Source of the DNA: a bacterium
Lineage (GTDB): Bacteria > Verrucomicrobiota > Kiritimatiellia > SPBP01
DNA: 49,030 nucleotides
Direction: 5' to 3'
Assembly (NCBI GenBank): GCA_037134535.1
Contig: JBAXMA010000002.1
Location: forward strand, 1 to 49,030
Below are positions 1 through 9,442 of the stretch, piece by piece. The position numbers were made by a program, and so were the translations under genes. The notes under the pieces are model-generated. The model was not told the DNA's origin. It was given only the letters and a program-made list of their open reading frames with translations, and did no database searches. How positions within the stretch are numbered: position 1 is the first letter of the stretch; each line of letters starts with the position of its first letter.

Positions 1-1
1 G

Positions 2-1384
2 TTCTATAACACGGCACGATGTTGTCCTTCCCGCGCCGCGTTGCTCACAGGCTTGTATTCCCATCAGTCTGGTGTTGGGCACATGACGGAGAATAACGGT
101 GTGCCGGGTTATCAGGGGCACTTGAATGACAAGTGTGTGACGATTGCAGAGGTTCTCAGGCCAGCCGGTTATTTTACTGCGATGTCCGGCAAATGGCACG
201 TCGGCCACCAGGAGGGCGGCAGGCCAGTAGATCGAGGTTTTGACCGCAGCCTCAATGCGGCCGCAGGTGGTTTCTACTATGGCAATAGCAAGAGAGCCGA
301 GCTGTTCCTGAATGGTAAGGCCATTGCGAATGACGATCCGGCTCTGCCGAAGAACTGGTATTCAACCGATCTTTGGACGGACTATGGAATAAAATTCATA
401 GACGAAGCGTTGGCTCAAAAGAAACCTTTCTATCTGCATCTGTGCCACAATGCGCCGCACTTTCCCTTGCAGGCTCCGCAAGATGAGATTGCGAAGTTCC
501 GCGGCAAGTTCAAGACAGGTTGGGACAAGTTCCGTGAACAGCGTCATGCAAAACAGATTGAGTTGGGGATCATGGACAAATCCTGGCCGCTGTCGTCCCG
601 GCCGGAACAGGTAAAGGCGTGGGACAGACTTAGCGCCGGGGAGCAGGATCGCTTTGATCATATCATGGCCATCTATGCGGCGGTTGTTGCGCACATGGAT
701 ACCGCGGTTGGCCGTCTCGTTGAAGCGCTCAAGAGTCGCGGTATTCTGGATAACACGCTAATCCTTTTCATGAGTGATAATGGCGGCAATGCCGAAGGCG
801 GACCCAATGGAACTCTCGAGGGGAATCAGCCGGGATCGAAGGATTCCACAGTCTTCTGCGGTCAGTCATGGGCGACACTTGAGAACACACCACTGCGCCG
901 TTACAAGCATTTCAACCATGAAGGCGGGATTTCCACTCCGCTGATCGCGCATTGGCCGGCGCGGATCAAGGATGGCGGCACTTTGCGTCAGCAGCCCGGA
1001 CATTTGATTGACATAATGGCAACATGCGTAGATGTTGCGGGTGCAAAATATCCAGTGGAATTCAAGGGTAAGTCCATATTACCGATGGAGGGTACTTCTC
1101 TTGTTGATGCCATGAGTGGAAAGCCTGTAAAGGAGCGAACTCTTTACTGGGAACACGAAGGCAATGCGGCTGTACGTGTTGGTGACTGGAAGCTGGTACG
1201 GTTGGGCCGGAACGGCGTCTGGGAACTTTATGATCTGAAGACTGATCGTACGGAATTGAAGAATCTTGAAGCTGAGAAGCCCGGGATAACGAGGGATCTT
1301 GCCGGGAAGTGGGAAGTCTGGGCCGAGCGTGCGCAGGTGAAGCCATATCCTGGTGGAGGGAAGAAGCCGGGGAAAAAAGGATGA
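2..1384 (+). CDS. Arylsulfatase (Cys-type, formylglycine-dependent), 5' end truncated by the window edge
   Basis: Extending the frame of the 41..1384 ORF upstream gives FYNTARCCPSRAALLTGLYSHQSG, which is the C-x-P-x-R / LTG sulfatase signature. Downstream motifs (GKWHVG, FMSDNGG, HFNHEGG) are typical of sulfatases. Stop is TGA at 1382-1384. Confidence 0.9.
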   Translation, partial: FYNTARCCPSRAALLTGLYSHQSGVGHMTENNGVPGYQGHLNDKCVTIAEVLRPAGYFTAMSGKWHVGHQEGGRPVDRGFDRSLNAAAGGFYYGNSKRAELFLNGKAIANDDPALPKNWYSTDLWTDYGIKFIDEALAQKKPFYLHLCHNAPHFPLQAPQDEIAKFRGKFKTGWDKFREQRHAKQIELGIMDKSWPLSSRPEQVKAWDRLSAGEQDRFDHIMAIYAAVVAHMDTAVGRLVEALKSRGILDNTLILFMSDNGGNAEGGPNGTLEGNQPGSKDSTVFCGQSWATLENTPLRRYKHFNHEGGISTPLIAHWPARIKDGGTLRQQPGHLIDIMATCVDVAGAKYPVEFKGKSILPMEGTSLVDAMSGKPVKERTLYWEHEGNAAVRVGDWKLVRLGRNGVWELYDLKTDRTELKNLEAEKPGITRDLAGKWEVWAERAQVKPYPGGGKKPGKKG

Positions 1385-1425
1385 AGGCTGAGACTTGAAA
1401 GCATGGCGGAACAATTATGTTACAG

Positions 1426-4290
1426 CTATGGGCCCACCGTCACTGTGCCGCGGCCGGTGAAGCAGGTGTCATTATTGAAAGTCGCGGTCGAGGCGGTCGA
1501 TCCGTAGGTGCCGGCGACCTGCGCGGCGCCATTGAGAGTCAAGGCAGTGATCCGGCGGGTGCCGGTGTAATTCAGACAAAGCTTACCGCCGCTACCGATG
1601 TCGAGGGCACCGCCGCCCAGTGAGGCCGAGCCGGTACAGGCGAGGATGCCGCCCGAGACGCTGGTGGTTCCTTTGTAACTATTGGTCCCTGAGAGCGTCC
1701 AGGTGCCGCTGCCTGCCTTGGTTATTGAAGTCGTCGCCTTGCCGGCGCGGTCGTGGGGATTAGCAATACTGCCGGCAAGCTCGCCCTTGCCGGCGGTGTC
1801 ACCCTTAAGCACGATGATCTTGTTTCCACCATAGCCGGAGATCATGAATGTGCTGGAAAGTTTCAGCAATCCCTTACCGGATTGATCGAAGCTCACGGTT
1901 GAATTCTTTCCAGCAAGGTTCATTACGCGGTCGGAAGTTTCGCCTGCCCCGGTATAAATCAGAGCACAGTCACCATTCTTGCCTTCTTCACCTATGACAA
2001 TCTCGCCGGCCTCAATATCCATTGGCGTACCCAGGCTGCTGCCCGGTTTGCCTTTGACGAAGTTATTGAATGAAGCCACGCTCAGCGCGCCACCCTCCAG
2101 GATCGTCTGGCCAGTATAGGTGTTTCTGCCTGAAAGCTGCATTGTGCCTGCTCCACATTTCTTGATTAGAAATGCGCCGCCGCCGGGACCTTTAGAATCA
2201 GAAATGTCAGCTGAAACTCTGACAAGATCCTTTGCATTGGAGGTGTCCAGGCACAATACGGAACCGCCCATCATGCCGTTGCTGTTGACCGAGATTGTGA
2301 GATTCTTGAGAAATCTGCCGACTTGATCACCAGTGAACTCGCCAGGACCGCCGACACTGAGCCGAAGCGTTGCAGCCTTGTGTATTGTAACGTTTGCCGG
2401 AGTCCATTGCGTTGTGTCAGTATTATAGAGGGCTGCGGCCTTTTTCACAATCAGGGTACCCGGAAAGACAGTGGTCGGACCGCTGTAGGTATTAGTGCCG
2501 CAAAGGGTCACGGTGCCGCCGGGCGTCATACTGAGGTATGTTCCGTTGATGCCGAACAGTGTAAAGCCGCCGACTCCGCTCATTCCGCCGGTAATAGTGC
2601 AGTTGCCAATCAAACTGGCGATTCCGTTCAGTTTTATGGGACCGCTCAAGGCGCAATGAAAGAGCGTTCCGTCGTTAACAGTCAGAGGGTTGGCAAGGAC
2701 GCCATCGGTGGATAGCGTGCCGAAATTGTCCAGCGTTATCGGTCCAGTTCCAAGTCCGTCAGCTCTTCGCACGTTAATCTTGCCGCCGTTGATAATGGTG
2801 CCGCCACCGTAGGTGTTGGAGCTGTTGATTTGCAGGATGCCGAAGTGAACATCATGAAAATTGATCCCGGCGACGTCGGGATCGCCGCTACTGTTAAGTG
2901 TCAAGGCGCCGGGCCCTGAGATCACACCATTGAAACTGATGAAACAATTGGGGTCTTTATCAGGAGACGTATTTACATCCAGGCTATCCTTAAGCTCTAC
3001 CGGCACGTTGATGTCAACCCTCTGACATTTGCAGGCATTAATTGCCGGCGGAACGCCGCTAGCGTGGTCTCTGGTGAACGTTATGCTATTGCCGCTCACA
3101 GTCGTACCTCTGCAGTCATCTCCAAGGATGAGCCGGGTAAGCGTGAATCCAGCGTTCAGATCATTTGTTACGGCAGAGGAGCCGCGCTGGTTGAAGTTAA
3201 GAATGTAATCCGCCTGCCCATTTACAATCGGCGCAGATCCACTGGCCAGATTGTTCGACCACTTTGATGCATCACTCCAGTTCCCGCCTTCCGCATTGCG
3301 CCATGTGAAAACACTTGGCCGACCGCCGTCAATCGGGGTCACAATAGCAACCGGCGGGGGCTGCCTCTGCGCGATGGATGAGCTCCCTGTCGCCTTGTGC
3401 GGCAGGGGCCTGAATTTCGCCCCAGGCGCCGCAGGAGCGCTGGGTGTCCCGCATGGCTTTTCCTCAGTCGCCATGGTAACCGGAGCTGCATCTTTGAAAT
3501 CCCGCGCCGTTGGCGGTAACTTTGCGGCCTTTGCCGGATCGATATACTCAGCAAGATCGCGCAGTGCTATTACTTTGTAATTATTGTCTTTCAAGTACTG
3601 CATCTGAACTTTAAAGACCTCCGGGTCTAATGAAACGGGCGGATGCTCCATGTCGGGCACGCCATGATAGCAGATGGCCACGATCTTGCCCCCAGCGGCT
3701 TGGCGTACCATATTGACAAACCCCTCAAGATTGTTGCACCACATGGAAGGAATCTCGAAAGGATTATCCACCGTCGGCCTGTATGCGCGGTTATGACCGC
3801 CTCGTGCAAAGATGTATCCGGCCGCAGGCAGATCAGGTGTCACATTCGCATTGTGGAGTGGCCAGGCGATGGTTGTCGGCTTGGGAACATTATTAGCCAG
3901 CAGTGCGTCTTCCATTCTCAGCATAGCATCAAAACCCGAGGAATGCCCAACCGAGTGGTTGCCGATTTCAAAGCCTTGGTCCGACATAGCCTTCATCTGC
4001 CGCCAGGTCATGTACCAGTCCTTGCGAGTCTTGAACGAATCAAAGTCGCAGACATAGAATGATCCATTGAATCCAAACGATTTCAGGACCGGCGCCACAA
4101 CCGTGTAGCCGCTTGCCGGTCCATCATCGAATGTGAGCACCACAATTTTATCAGGGATTGGTTTTCGAAGAACACCGCACGGATCGTTGACTTTCTCGCC
4201 CGAATCGCCTGCAGCCTGTAGTCGGCCGATTGCCAGGCAGGCAGACGCCATAATTCCAGCCAGAACCATTGCCTTTCTTGCTGTGTTCAT
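1426..4290 (-). CDS. Secreted polysaccharide deacetylase (NodB/CE4 domain) fused to a long autotransporter-associated beta-strand-repeat (PATR-like) region
   Basis: N-terminal signal peptide MNTARKAMVLAGIMASACLAIGRLQAAG. NodB-like motifs VVLTFDDGPASGY and GNHSVGHS. A Pro-rich linker follows, then about 600 aa of G/T/S-rich repeats such as GSGTWTLSGTNSYKGTTSVSGGIL. RBS GAAGGAA lies upstream of the ATG. Confidence 0.8.
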   Translation of the reverse strand: MNTARKAMVLAGIMASACLAIGRLQAAGDSGEKVNDPCGVLRKPIPDKIVVLTFDDGPASGYTVVAPVLKSFGFNGSFYVCDFDSFKTRKDWYMTWRQMKAMSDQGFEIGNHSVGHSSGFDAMLRMEDALLANNVPKPTTIAWPLHNANVTPDLPAAGYIFARGGHNRAYRPTVDNPFEIPSMWCNNLEGFVNMVRQAAGGKIVAICYHGVPDMEHPPVSLDPEVFKVQMQYLKDNNYKVIALRDLAEYIDPAKAAKLPPTARDFKDAAPVTMATEEKPCGTPSAPAAPGAKFRPLPHKATGSSSIAQRQPPPVAIVTPIDGGRPSVFTWRNAEGGNWSDASKWSNNLASGSAPIVNGQADYILNFNQRGSSAVTNDLNAGFTLTRLILGDDCRGTTVSGNSITFTRDHASGVPPAINACKCQRVDINVPVELKDSLDVNTSPDKDPNCFISFNGVISGPGALTLNSSGDPDVAGINFHDVHFGILQINSSNTYGGGTIINGGKINVRRADGLGTGPITLDNFGTLSTDGVLANPLTVNDGTLFHCALSGPIKLNGIASLIGNCTITGGMSGVGGFTLFGINGTYLSMTPGGTVTLCGTNTYSGPTTVFPGTLIVKKAAALYNTDTTQWTPANVTIHKAATLRLSVGGPGEFTGDQVGRFLKNLTISVNSNGMMGGSVLCLDTSNAKDLVRVSADISDSKGPGGGAFLIKKCGAGTMQLSGRNTYTGQTILEGGALSVASFNNFVKGKPGSSLGTPMDIEAGEIVIGEEGKNGDCALIYTGAGETSDRVMNLAGKNSTVSFDQSGKGLLKLSSTFMISGYGGNKIIVLKGDTAGKGELAGSIANPHDRAGKATTSITKAGSGTWTLSGTNSYKGTTSVSGGILACTGSASLGGGALDIGSGGKLCLNYTGTRRITALTLNGAAQVAGTYGSTASTATFNNDTCFTGRGTVTVGP

Positions 4291-4303
4291 TTCATTTCCT
4301 TCG

Positions 4304-4762
4304 TTACTGCCCTGCAGCCGGCGTCTTCAGAGCGGTGATTTCTTCTTCGATCCGTTGCGCATCCTTCTGGAGATCTGTGATTGTCTGATCATCAACATCA
4401 TACGCGCAGAGACTACGTCCGAGATCAATAGCGACATTCTTCCGGCGCAGCAGAATGGCCTCAATCATCACTCGATTCTTTACAATGTTCGCCCCATGCC
4501 TGGCTTTGTCAATAATGGTGGCTGTCGCGCTGAGTGGCGGGTGGATCCGCTTGCTTTCAATCTCGGTGTCAAAGGATGCAATCTGCTGAAACTGTGCCGG
4601 CAATTGTTCCCGTCCGATCCCGTGCGTGAACGCGTACTCTCCCAGTTTTGTGTGTATAGATCTCAGGTCCACCAGTTCGCGCTGTTTAATGAGTGCCTGC
4701 TTCTTAGCGAGTTCCGCAGAACTCTTGATAGTGCCCATGAACGTTCTGGTGTTTTGTGCCAT
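4304..4762 (-). CDS. Hypothetical protein of about 152 aa, predicted helical, no recognisable family
   Basis: ORF in the track. I prefer the internal ATG at 4762 (MAQNTRTF...) because AAGGAG lies 7 nt upstream. The gene ends 13 nt before the deacetylase start, so it is probably co-transcribed. Confidence 0.55.
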   Translation of the reverse strand: MAQNTRTFMGTIKSSAELAKKQALIKQRELVDLRSIHTKLGEYAFTHGIGREQLPAQFQQIASFDTEIESKRIHPPLSATATIIDKARHGANIVKNRVMIEAILLRRKNVAIDLGRSLCAYDVDDQTITDLQKDAQRIEEEITALKTPAAGQ

Positions 4763-4986
4763 GTCGCGTCTCCTTGTTCCTGTTGATAGAAGAGATATAA
4801 ACATCTCAGAAATGCGTCATCCATGCAAGCACGCCGACCGATGTGATGTGCTCCCGGCGGGCAGGACTGGCAGGACGTGGCAGTTGACGAAAGCCATAGC
4901 TGTAGATTGACATGACCACTTCACTTGACTCCGTTTCTGAGTTACACCACCATGATGACTTCGTTGATATGACAATGTTCTGAGTT

Positions 4987-7473
4987 ATGAGGAATATCAT
5001 GAAGAATGTGGCATTGATGATTGCAGTGGTGATGGCAGGCCATATTGCCGGCGGGGAACCAGTCGGCTCAGCGCCGGCGAGTCTTCCTGTAACCAACGGC
5101 CTGGTGTGCTGGTACGATGCTGGTACCGGTGTCGCGGCGGACAGCAATGGAGTTGTGAAGATCTGGAACGATTTGTCAGGTAACGATCATTTCGGGACCC
5201 CGGCGGCTGGTGCGGCGGTTCTGGCGGCAAATCAGATCAATTCAAAACCTGTTGTCCAGTTCAGAACCGGCACCGGTCCCTGCGGGCTCAATCTCGACGG
5301 GCCGTTCTTCGTGGAAGAGGTGTATGTCGTAGTCCGCTCGCCAAACGGAAAGTGGAATAGTGATGGCTGTTTTCTCGGCCGCAGGTGGGGACGGAGTTCG
5401 TGTTACAGGCTTGCAAGAGGATCGTCCGCGTTCTGGGGCGACCAGTATCCTGTTGCTGTCTCCAGGAACGGGACAAGACTCTCTCGCCCCTTTGACCTTG
5501 GGCCTATCACCGACTTCATGATCATCAAAATTGATGTGAACGATGGAGATATGAGTCGGAACAGCTACCAGATCGGTATGGCGGATGGCGCCTCCTGTGA
5601 TTTTGACGTTGCCGAAATGATCGGGTACGCGAATCCGCTGTCGCCCAGTGAAGAAGCAGCAGTTGGCTCGTACCTGGCTGCAAAGTACGGCATCGGCACG
5701 TCGTATTCTGCGCCTGCTGCGGTGGCATCGGCGGGTAAAATGGGCGATCCAGCGGGATCGGCGACGGACGGCGCGGCGCGGCGTCCCAGCCTGATGAGAC
5801 ATGAAGCGACTCCGGCTCTTGTGGTAACCAACGGATTAATCTGCTGGTATGATGCCGGGACTGCAGTTCGCACGGATAGTAACGGAGTTGTACTGGCCTG
5901 GAATGACAGATCGGGTAACGGGCATCATGGAACTCCCGGCGCCGGCGCGCCGGTGCTTGCGCTGAACCGGGTTAATTCTAAGCCAGTTGTTAAGTTCAGG
6001 GGTGGATGGCTTGCCCTTGCCGGGAAGTTCTTTGCAAAGGAACAGTATGTCGTGGTGCGTTCGCCTGCCGCACGATGGAGTGGCACGGGCAGTTTTCTCG
6101 GTCGCATGCAGGGGCGGCGTTCGAGCTGGAACACCTGGGGTGGAGACACCGGGTTCTGGACCGACCAGTCGCCGGTTGCTGTCACCAGGAACGGTGTTGT
6201 GCTTCCGGGACCGGCGTTCGATTGTTCGCCTTTGACTAACTACATGGTTCTCAGGATTGTCGTGAATGATAACGACATGGAGGCCGCCGGTTACGCGATT
6301 GGGAACAATGACGGACTTGCTACGTGCGATTTCGAGGTTGCCGAGATACTTGGTTATCAAACCATGCTGTCGCCCACGGATGAAGATCTGGTTGGCGCCT
6401 ATCTGGCGACCAAGTACGGGCTACGCACGGAGTATCCACCGCTTCCTGTTGCGTCATCGTCCGGAGAAAGGGCCAGGGTCGCGGCATTCCAATACAAGGG
6501 ATGGCAGCAGTCCGGTTCACTGTACCTGCTCACTATGCCGGAAGGCGCGGATCTGCCGGCGACGGCCTCGGAAAAGGATTTTCCTGTGCTGGTGAGACTG
6601 GACAAGGACTGGTTCCACTTCAATGAAGCTAAGGCCAGTGGAGAAGACATCCGGTTTGCCACTGCCACTGGCGAACCGCTGGCATACCAGATCGACAACT
6701 GGGATTCTGCAGCCGGGACTGCCGCCATCTGGGTGCGGATACCGGCCATTATGGGCAATGCGCGGCAGGAGCTGAAGATGTACTGGGGCAGGGCGGACGC
6801 TGCGAGTGAATCCAGCGGGCCGGCTGTGTTCAATAGATCCAACGGGTATCTCAGTGTCTGGCATATGAATGAGCCGGTGAAGGACGATGCCGGTACGCTC
6901 GAATCGAAGGATATGGACACAATGCCTGCCCGCGGCACGATCGGCCAGGGCAGACATTTCCCGGGCGGCAGGGGTATTGCCTGCGGGGATAGAATCACAA
7001 CATATCCTTTTGCATCCGGGCCCCATACTTCCGAGGCATGGATCAAGGCAGGACGATTCAACACGACCATTCTGAGCTGGGGCAAGCATGACACCGTCAG
7101 CTTGCGGCTGATGTGCACACCGGCCCAGGTTTCTGCTGGAGGCGTGCGCGGAACGAGTGTGCTCCCGAAATCCGAATGGGTTCATGTTGTTTACGCATAC
7201 AACGGTCAGAATAGCCGGATCTATGTAAATGGCCAGCTCGACGTCCCTGCTCCCGTGCCCGCCACGATGAATATCCTGAGTCCGGTGTCGATGGGGATAG
7301 GTCGTGGCTTCATCGGTGAAATTGACGAGGTACGTATTTCCAGGTTCGCTCGTTCCGCCGACTGGGTGAAGCTGGAATACGAGAACCAGAAGCCGATGCA
7401 GACCTTGGCTGGGTTGCTCGTACAGCCGGGTGCGGCTTTCTCGATATCAGAGAAGAAGATAGTTCTGCCGTAG
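4987..7473 (+). CDS. Secreted protein with two tandem LamG-like lectin-fold repeats, a DUF2341-like region and a C-terminal LamG domain
   Basis: Signal peptide MKNVALMIAVVMAGHIAGG. The NGL(V/I)CWYDAGT...WND(L/R)SGN...NSKPVV(Q/K)FR module occurs twice. The DKDWFHFNEAKASGEDIRFA...AIWVRIP segment is typical of DUF2341. The C-terminal GEIDEVRISRFARSADWV is a LamG hallmark. The ORF ends at TAG 7471-7473. Confidence 0.75.
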   Translation: MRNIMKNVALMIAVVMAGHIAGGEPVGSAPASLPVTNGLVCWYDAGTGVAADSNGVVKIWNDLSGNDHFGTPAAGAAVLAANQINSKPVVQFRTGTGPCGLNLDGPFFVEEVYVVVRSPNGKWNSDGCFLGRRWGRSSCYRLARGSSAFWGDQYPVAVSRNGTRLSRPFDLGPITDFMIIKIDVNDGDMSRNSYQIGMADGASCDFDVAEMIGYANPLSPSEEAAVGSYLAAKYGIGTSYSAPAAVASAGKMGDPAGSATDGAARRPSLMRHEATPALVVTNGLICWYDAGTAVRTDSNGVVLAWNDRSGNGHHGTPGAGAPVLALNRVNSKPVVKFRGGWLALAGKFFAKEQYVVVRSPAARWSGTGSFLGRMQGRRSSWNTWGGDTGFWTDQSPVAVTRNGVVLPGPAFDCSPLTNYMVLRIVVNDNDMEAAGYAIGNNDGLATCDFEVAEILGYQTMLSPTDEDLVGAYLATKYGLRTEYPPLPVASSSGERARVAAFQYKGWQQSGSLYLLTMPEGADLPATASEKDFPVLVRLDKDWFHFNEAKASGEDIRFATATGEPLAYQIDNWDSAAGTAAIWVRIPAIMGNARQELKMYWGRADAASESSGPAVFNRSNGYLSVWHMNEPVKDDAGTLESKDMDTMPARGTIGQGRHFPGGRGIACGDRITTYPFASGPHTSEAWIKAGRFNTTILSWGKHDTVSLRLMCTPAQVSAGGVRGTSVLPKSEWVHVVYAYNGQNSRIYVNGQLDVPAPVPATMNILSPVSMGIGRGFIGEIDEVRISRFARSADWVKLEYENQKPMQTLAGLLVQPGAAFSISEKKIVLP
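5083..6435 (+). repeat. Internal tandem duplication (two copies of about 205 aa, spaced 735 nt apart) inside the LamG protein gene
   Basis: Copy 1 is 5083-5706 and copy 2 is 5818-6435. By eye roughly half of the amino acids are identical (LPVTNGLVCWYDAGTGV... vs LVVTNGLICWYDAGTAV...; ...AEMIGYANPLSPSEE..KYGIGTSY vs ...AEILGYQTMLSPTDE..KYGLRTEY). Confidence 0.85.
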
Positions 7474-7488
7474 GGCAGGCGCATTACT

Positions 7489-9348
7489 GTGAAGACCAAA
7501 GCCGGCGGCGCAGAGAAGGTCTACTGGATTATCAAAAGCGGTGGTGCAGAAACAGTCGAGGAGGTGGACCGGTTCAATTTCACAATGGATGCCGGCCGGG
7601 TGACGGGAGACAAGTCATTTACCCTGCAGTTCAAGGCGATATATTCCGACGGAGTGAAGACGCAGGATATTCCAGTAACCATCCGGGAAGATATTCCGGA
7701 CCCGGTGTTCACTCTTAAGGCCCCGTCAAGGTGGGACGGCCGTGAGACAATCGAGGTTGTGACGCAGATTTCCAATGTGAAAGAGATGCAGTCAAAGAGT
7801 GCTGGAGAATTGAAGTATGACTGGACGGTTCCGCCCATGGTGGAAGCCATGGAAATCGCACCCGGGAAGTTAATCCTTAAGCGCTCACGTAGCAGCGGTA
7901 AGCTGGTCGTGACAGCGGCCGTGAGTAACGGCGGCAAGCCGGTCACTCAGTCGGTGCAGATCACAGTCAGCGAACCCGCGACAGAAGTATGGGTGCAACG
8001 AGCTCCGTCGAAGGATGAGAAGCCCGTCGACAACCAGTTCTATGCAAGCGACAACAGGGGCGAGGGCACGCTGTTTTATAATGGCTCATTATCCAATCAT
8101 GTCGACTCGGTCTTTCTGAAACTCTATGCCGGTGATAATCTCATCAAGACGGAAGAACAGAATCTGGCCGCGGAGGAGGATGCCACCCCGGCCGAGGTGC
8201 TCGCAAGGTACCGTTATGCGTTCACCCTGAAACTCAAGCCTGGCCTTATCAGGTACAAGGTGGAGTTCGGCACCATGAATGGGAAAGGCGAAATGATTTT
8301 GCGCACTGTCACCAACCTGGTGTGTGGAGATGCCTATGTCATCGATGGTCAGTCGAATGCCGAAGCCACACAATATGGGAAAGATGACAACCCTGTTACC
8401 AGCGAGTGGCTTTGTACATATAACGGTGGCAGGTGGCAGACGGCGGCACACGGAGGGCCCGGGAGCGTCGGGTATTGGGGCCTGGAACTTGCCAGAAGCA
8501 TTATGGAAAGCCGGAAGATTCCGATTTGCATTATTAACGGGGCGGTCGGGGGAACGCGAATTGACCAGCATATGCCTAACCTGACCAATCGCACGGACGC
8601 GACTACGATCTACGGGCGACTGATGCAGCGGGTGGAACAAGCCGGGCTCACACACGGAATCCGTGGTGTGTTCTGGCATCAGGGCGAAGCCGATCAGGGA
8701 ACCGACGGTCCCGACGGCGGCTACGGATGGGAAACATACCAGCAGTATTTCCTGGACCTGTCTGCGGTATGGAAGCGGGACATGCCTAATATCGGACACT
8801 ATTACATTTACCAGATATGGCCAAACGCCTGCGGTCAGGGCGGCAACAGGCAAAGCGACATGTTTCGGGATGTGCAGAGGCTCCTGCCTCGCTTGTACTC
8901 GAACATGAGTGTCATGTCCACGCTCGGCATCAAGCCGGAGGGATCCTGCCATTATCCTGCCGCCGGCTATGCGGAAATGGCCATGCTGATGACGCCACTG
9001 GTGGAGCGGGACAACTACGGACAGGTCTTCGATAATCCGATCACGGCACCTGATCTCAGGAGGGCATACTTCACCAGCGAAAGGAAGGATGAGGTTGCGC
9101 TGGAGTTCGATCAGCCTATGAAATGGACCAATTCGCTCGTGACTGAGTTCTACCTCGATGGAGGCAAGAGCGGAATAACTGAGGGCTCGGCGTCAGGCAA
9201 TGTGGTCAAGCTCAAGCTGGTGGCACCAACAGGCGCTAAAACGATCACATACCTCGTTGACAGGAAATGGGATCCGAGGAACCTGCTTTACGGCCAGAAC
9301 AACATTGCCGCGCTGACATTTTGCGAAGTTCCGCTGTCCGCCGAGTAG
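7489..9348 (+). CDS. Ig-like N-terminal region plus a sialate O-acetylesterase-family (SASA/SGNH) domain; same frame as the upstream LamG gene
   Basis: SASA motifs GDAYVIDGQSNAE and VFWHQGEAD. The only start is GTG at 7489 and it has a weak SD. It is separated from 4987..7473 by a single in-frame TAG and 5 sense codons. Confidence 0.7.
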   Translation: MKTKAGGAEKVYWIIKSGGAETVEEVDRFNFTMDAGRVTGDKSFTLQFKAIYSDGVKTQDIPVTIREDIPDPVFTLKAPSRWDGRETIEVVTQISNVKEMQSKSAGELKYDWTVPPMVEAMEIAPGKLILKRSRSSGKLVVTAAVSNGGKPVTQSVQITVSEPATEVWVQRAPSKDEKPVDNQFYASDNRGEGTLFYNGSLSNHVDSVFLKLYAGDNLIKTEEQNLAAEEDATPAEVLARYRYAFTLKLKPGLIRYKVEFGTMNGKGEMILRTVTNLVCGDAYVIDGQSNAEATQYGKDDNPVTSEWLCTYNGGRWQTAAHGGPGSVGYWGLELARSIMESRKIPICIINGAVGGTRIDQHMPNLTNRTDATTIYGRLMQRVEQAGLTHGIRGVFWHQGEADQGTDGPDGGYGWETYQQYFLDLSAVWKRDMPNIGHYYIYQIWPNACGQGGNRQSDMFRDVQRLLPRLYSNMSVMSTLGIKPEGSCHYPAAGYAEMAMLMTPLVERDNYGQVFDNPITAPDLRRAYFTSERKDEVALEFDQPMKWTNSLVTEFYLDGGKSGITEGSASGNVVKLKLVAPTGAKTITYLVDRKWDPRNLLYGQNNIAALTFCEVPLSAE

Positions 9349-9442
9349 AGCGGTAGAAGATCGGGCGTGAGAATCTTTCTTCATATTCGTTCTCTTACGA
9401 AAACTGATGACATTTGAAGTTAGTCAGGCATAATCCGTACCC

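Noticed and set aside
6399-7185. Two minus-strand ORFs of 222-239 aa inside the LamG gene, and similarly 8089..8952 inside the esterase gene
   Set aside because: These are shadow ORFs in GC-rich coding sequence, and the plus-strand products carry clear domain motifs.
7471-7473. TAG reassignment or alternative genetic code as the explanation for the in-frame stop
   Set aside because: TAG terminates several well-bounded genes in the same window (9346-9348, 17278-17280, 20970-20972, 44831-44833), so global reassignment is unlikely.
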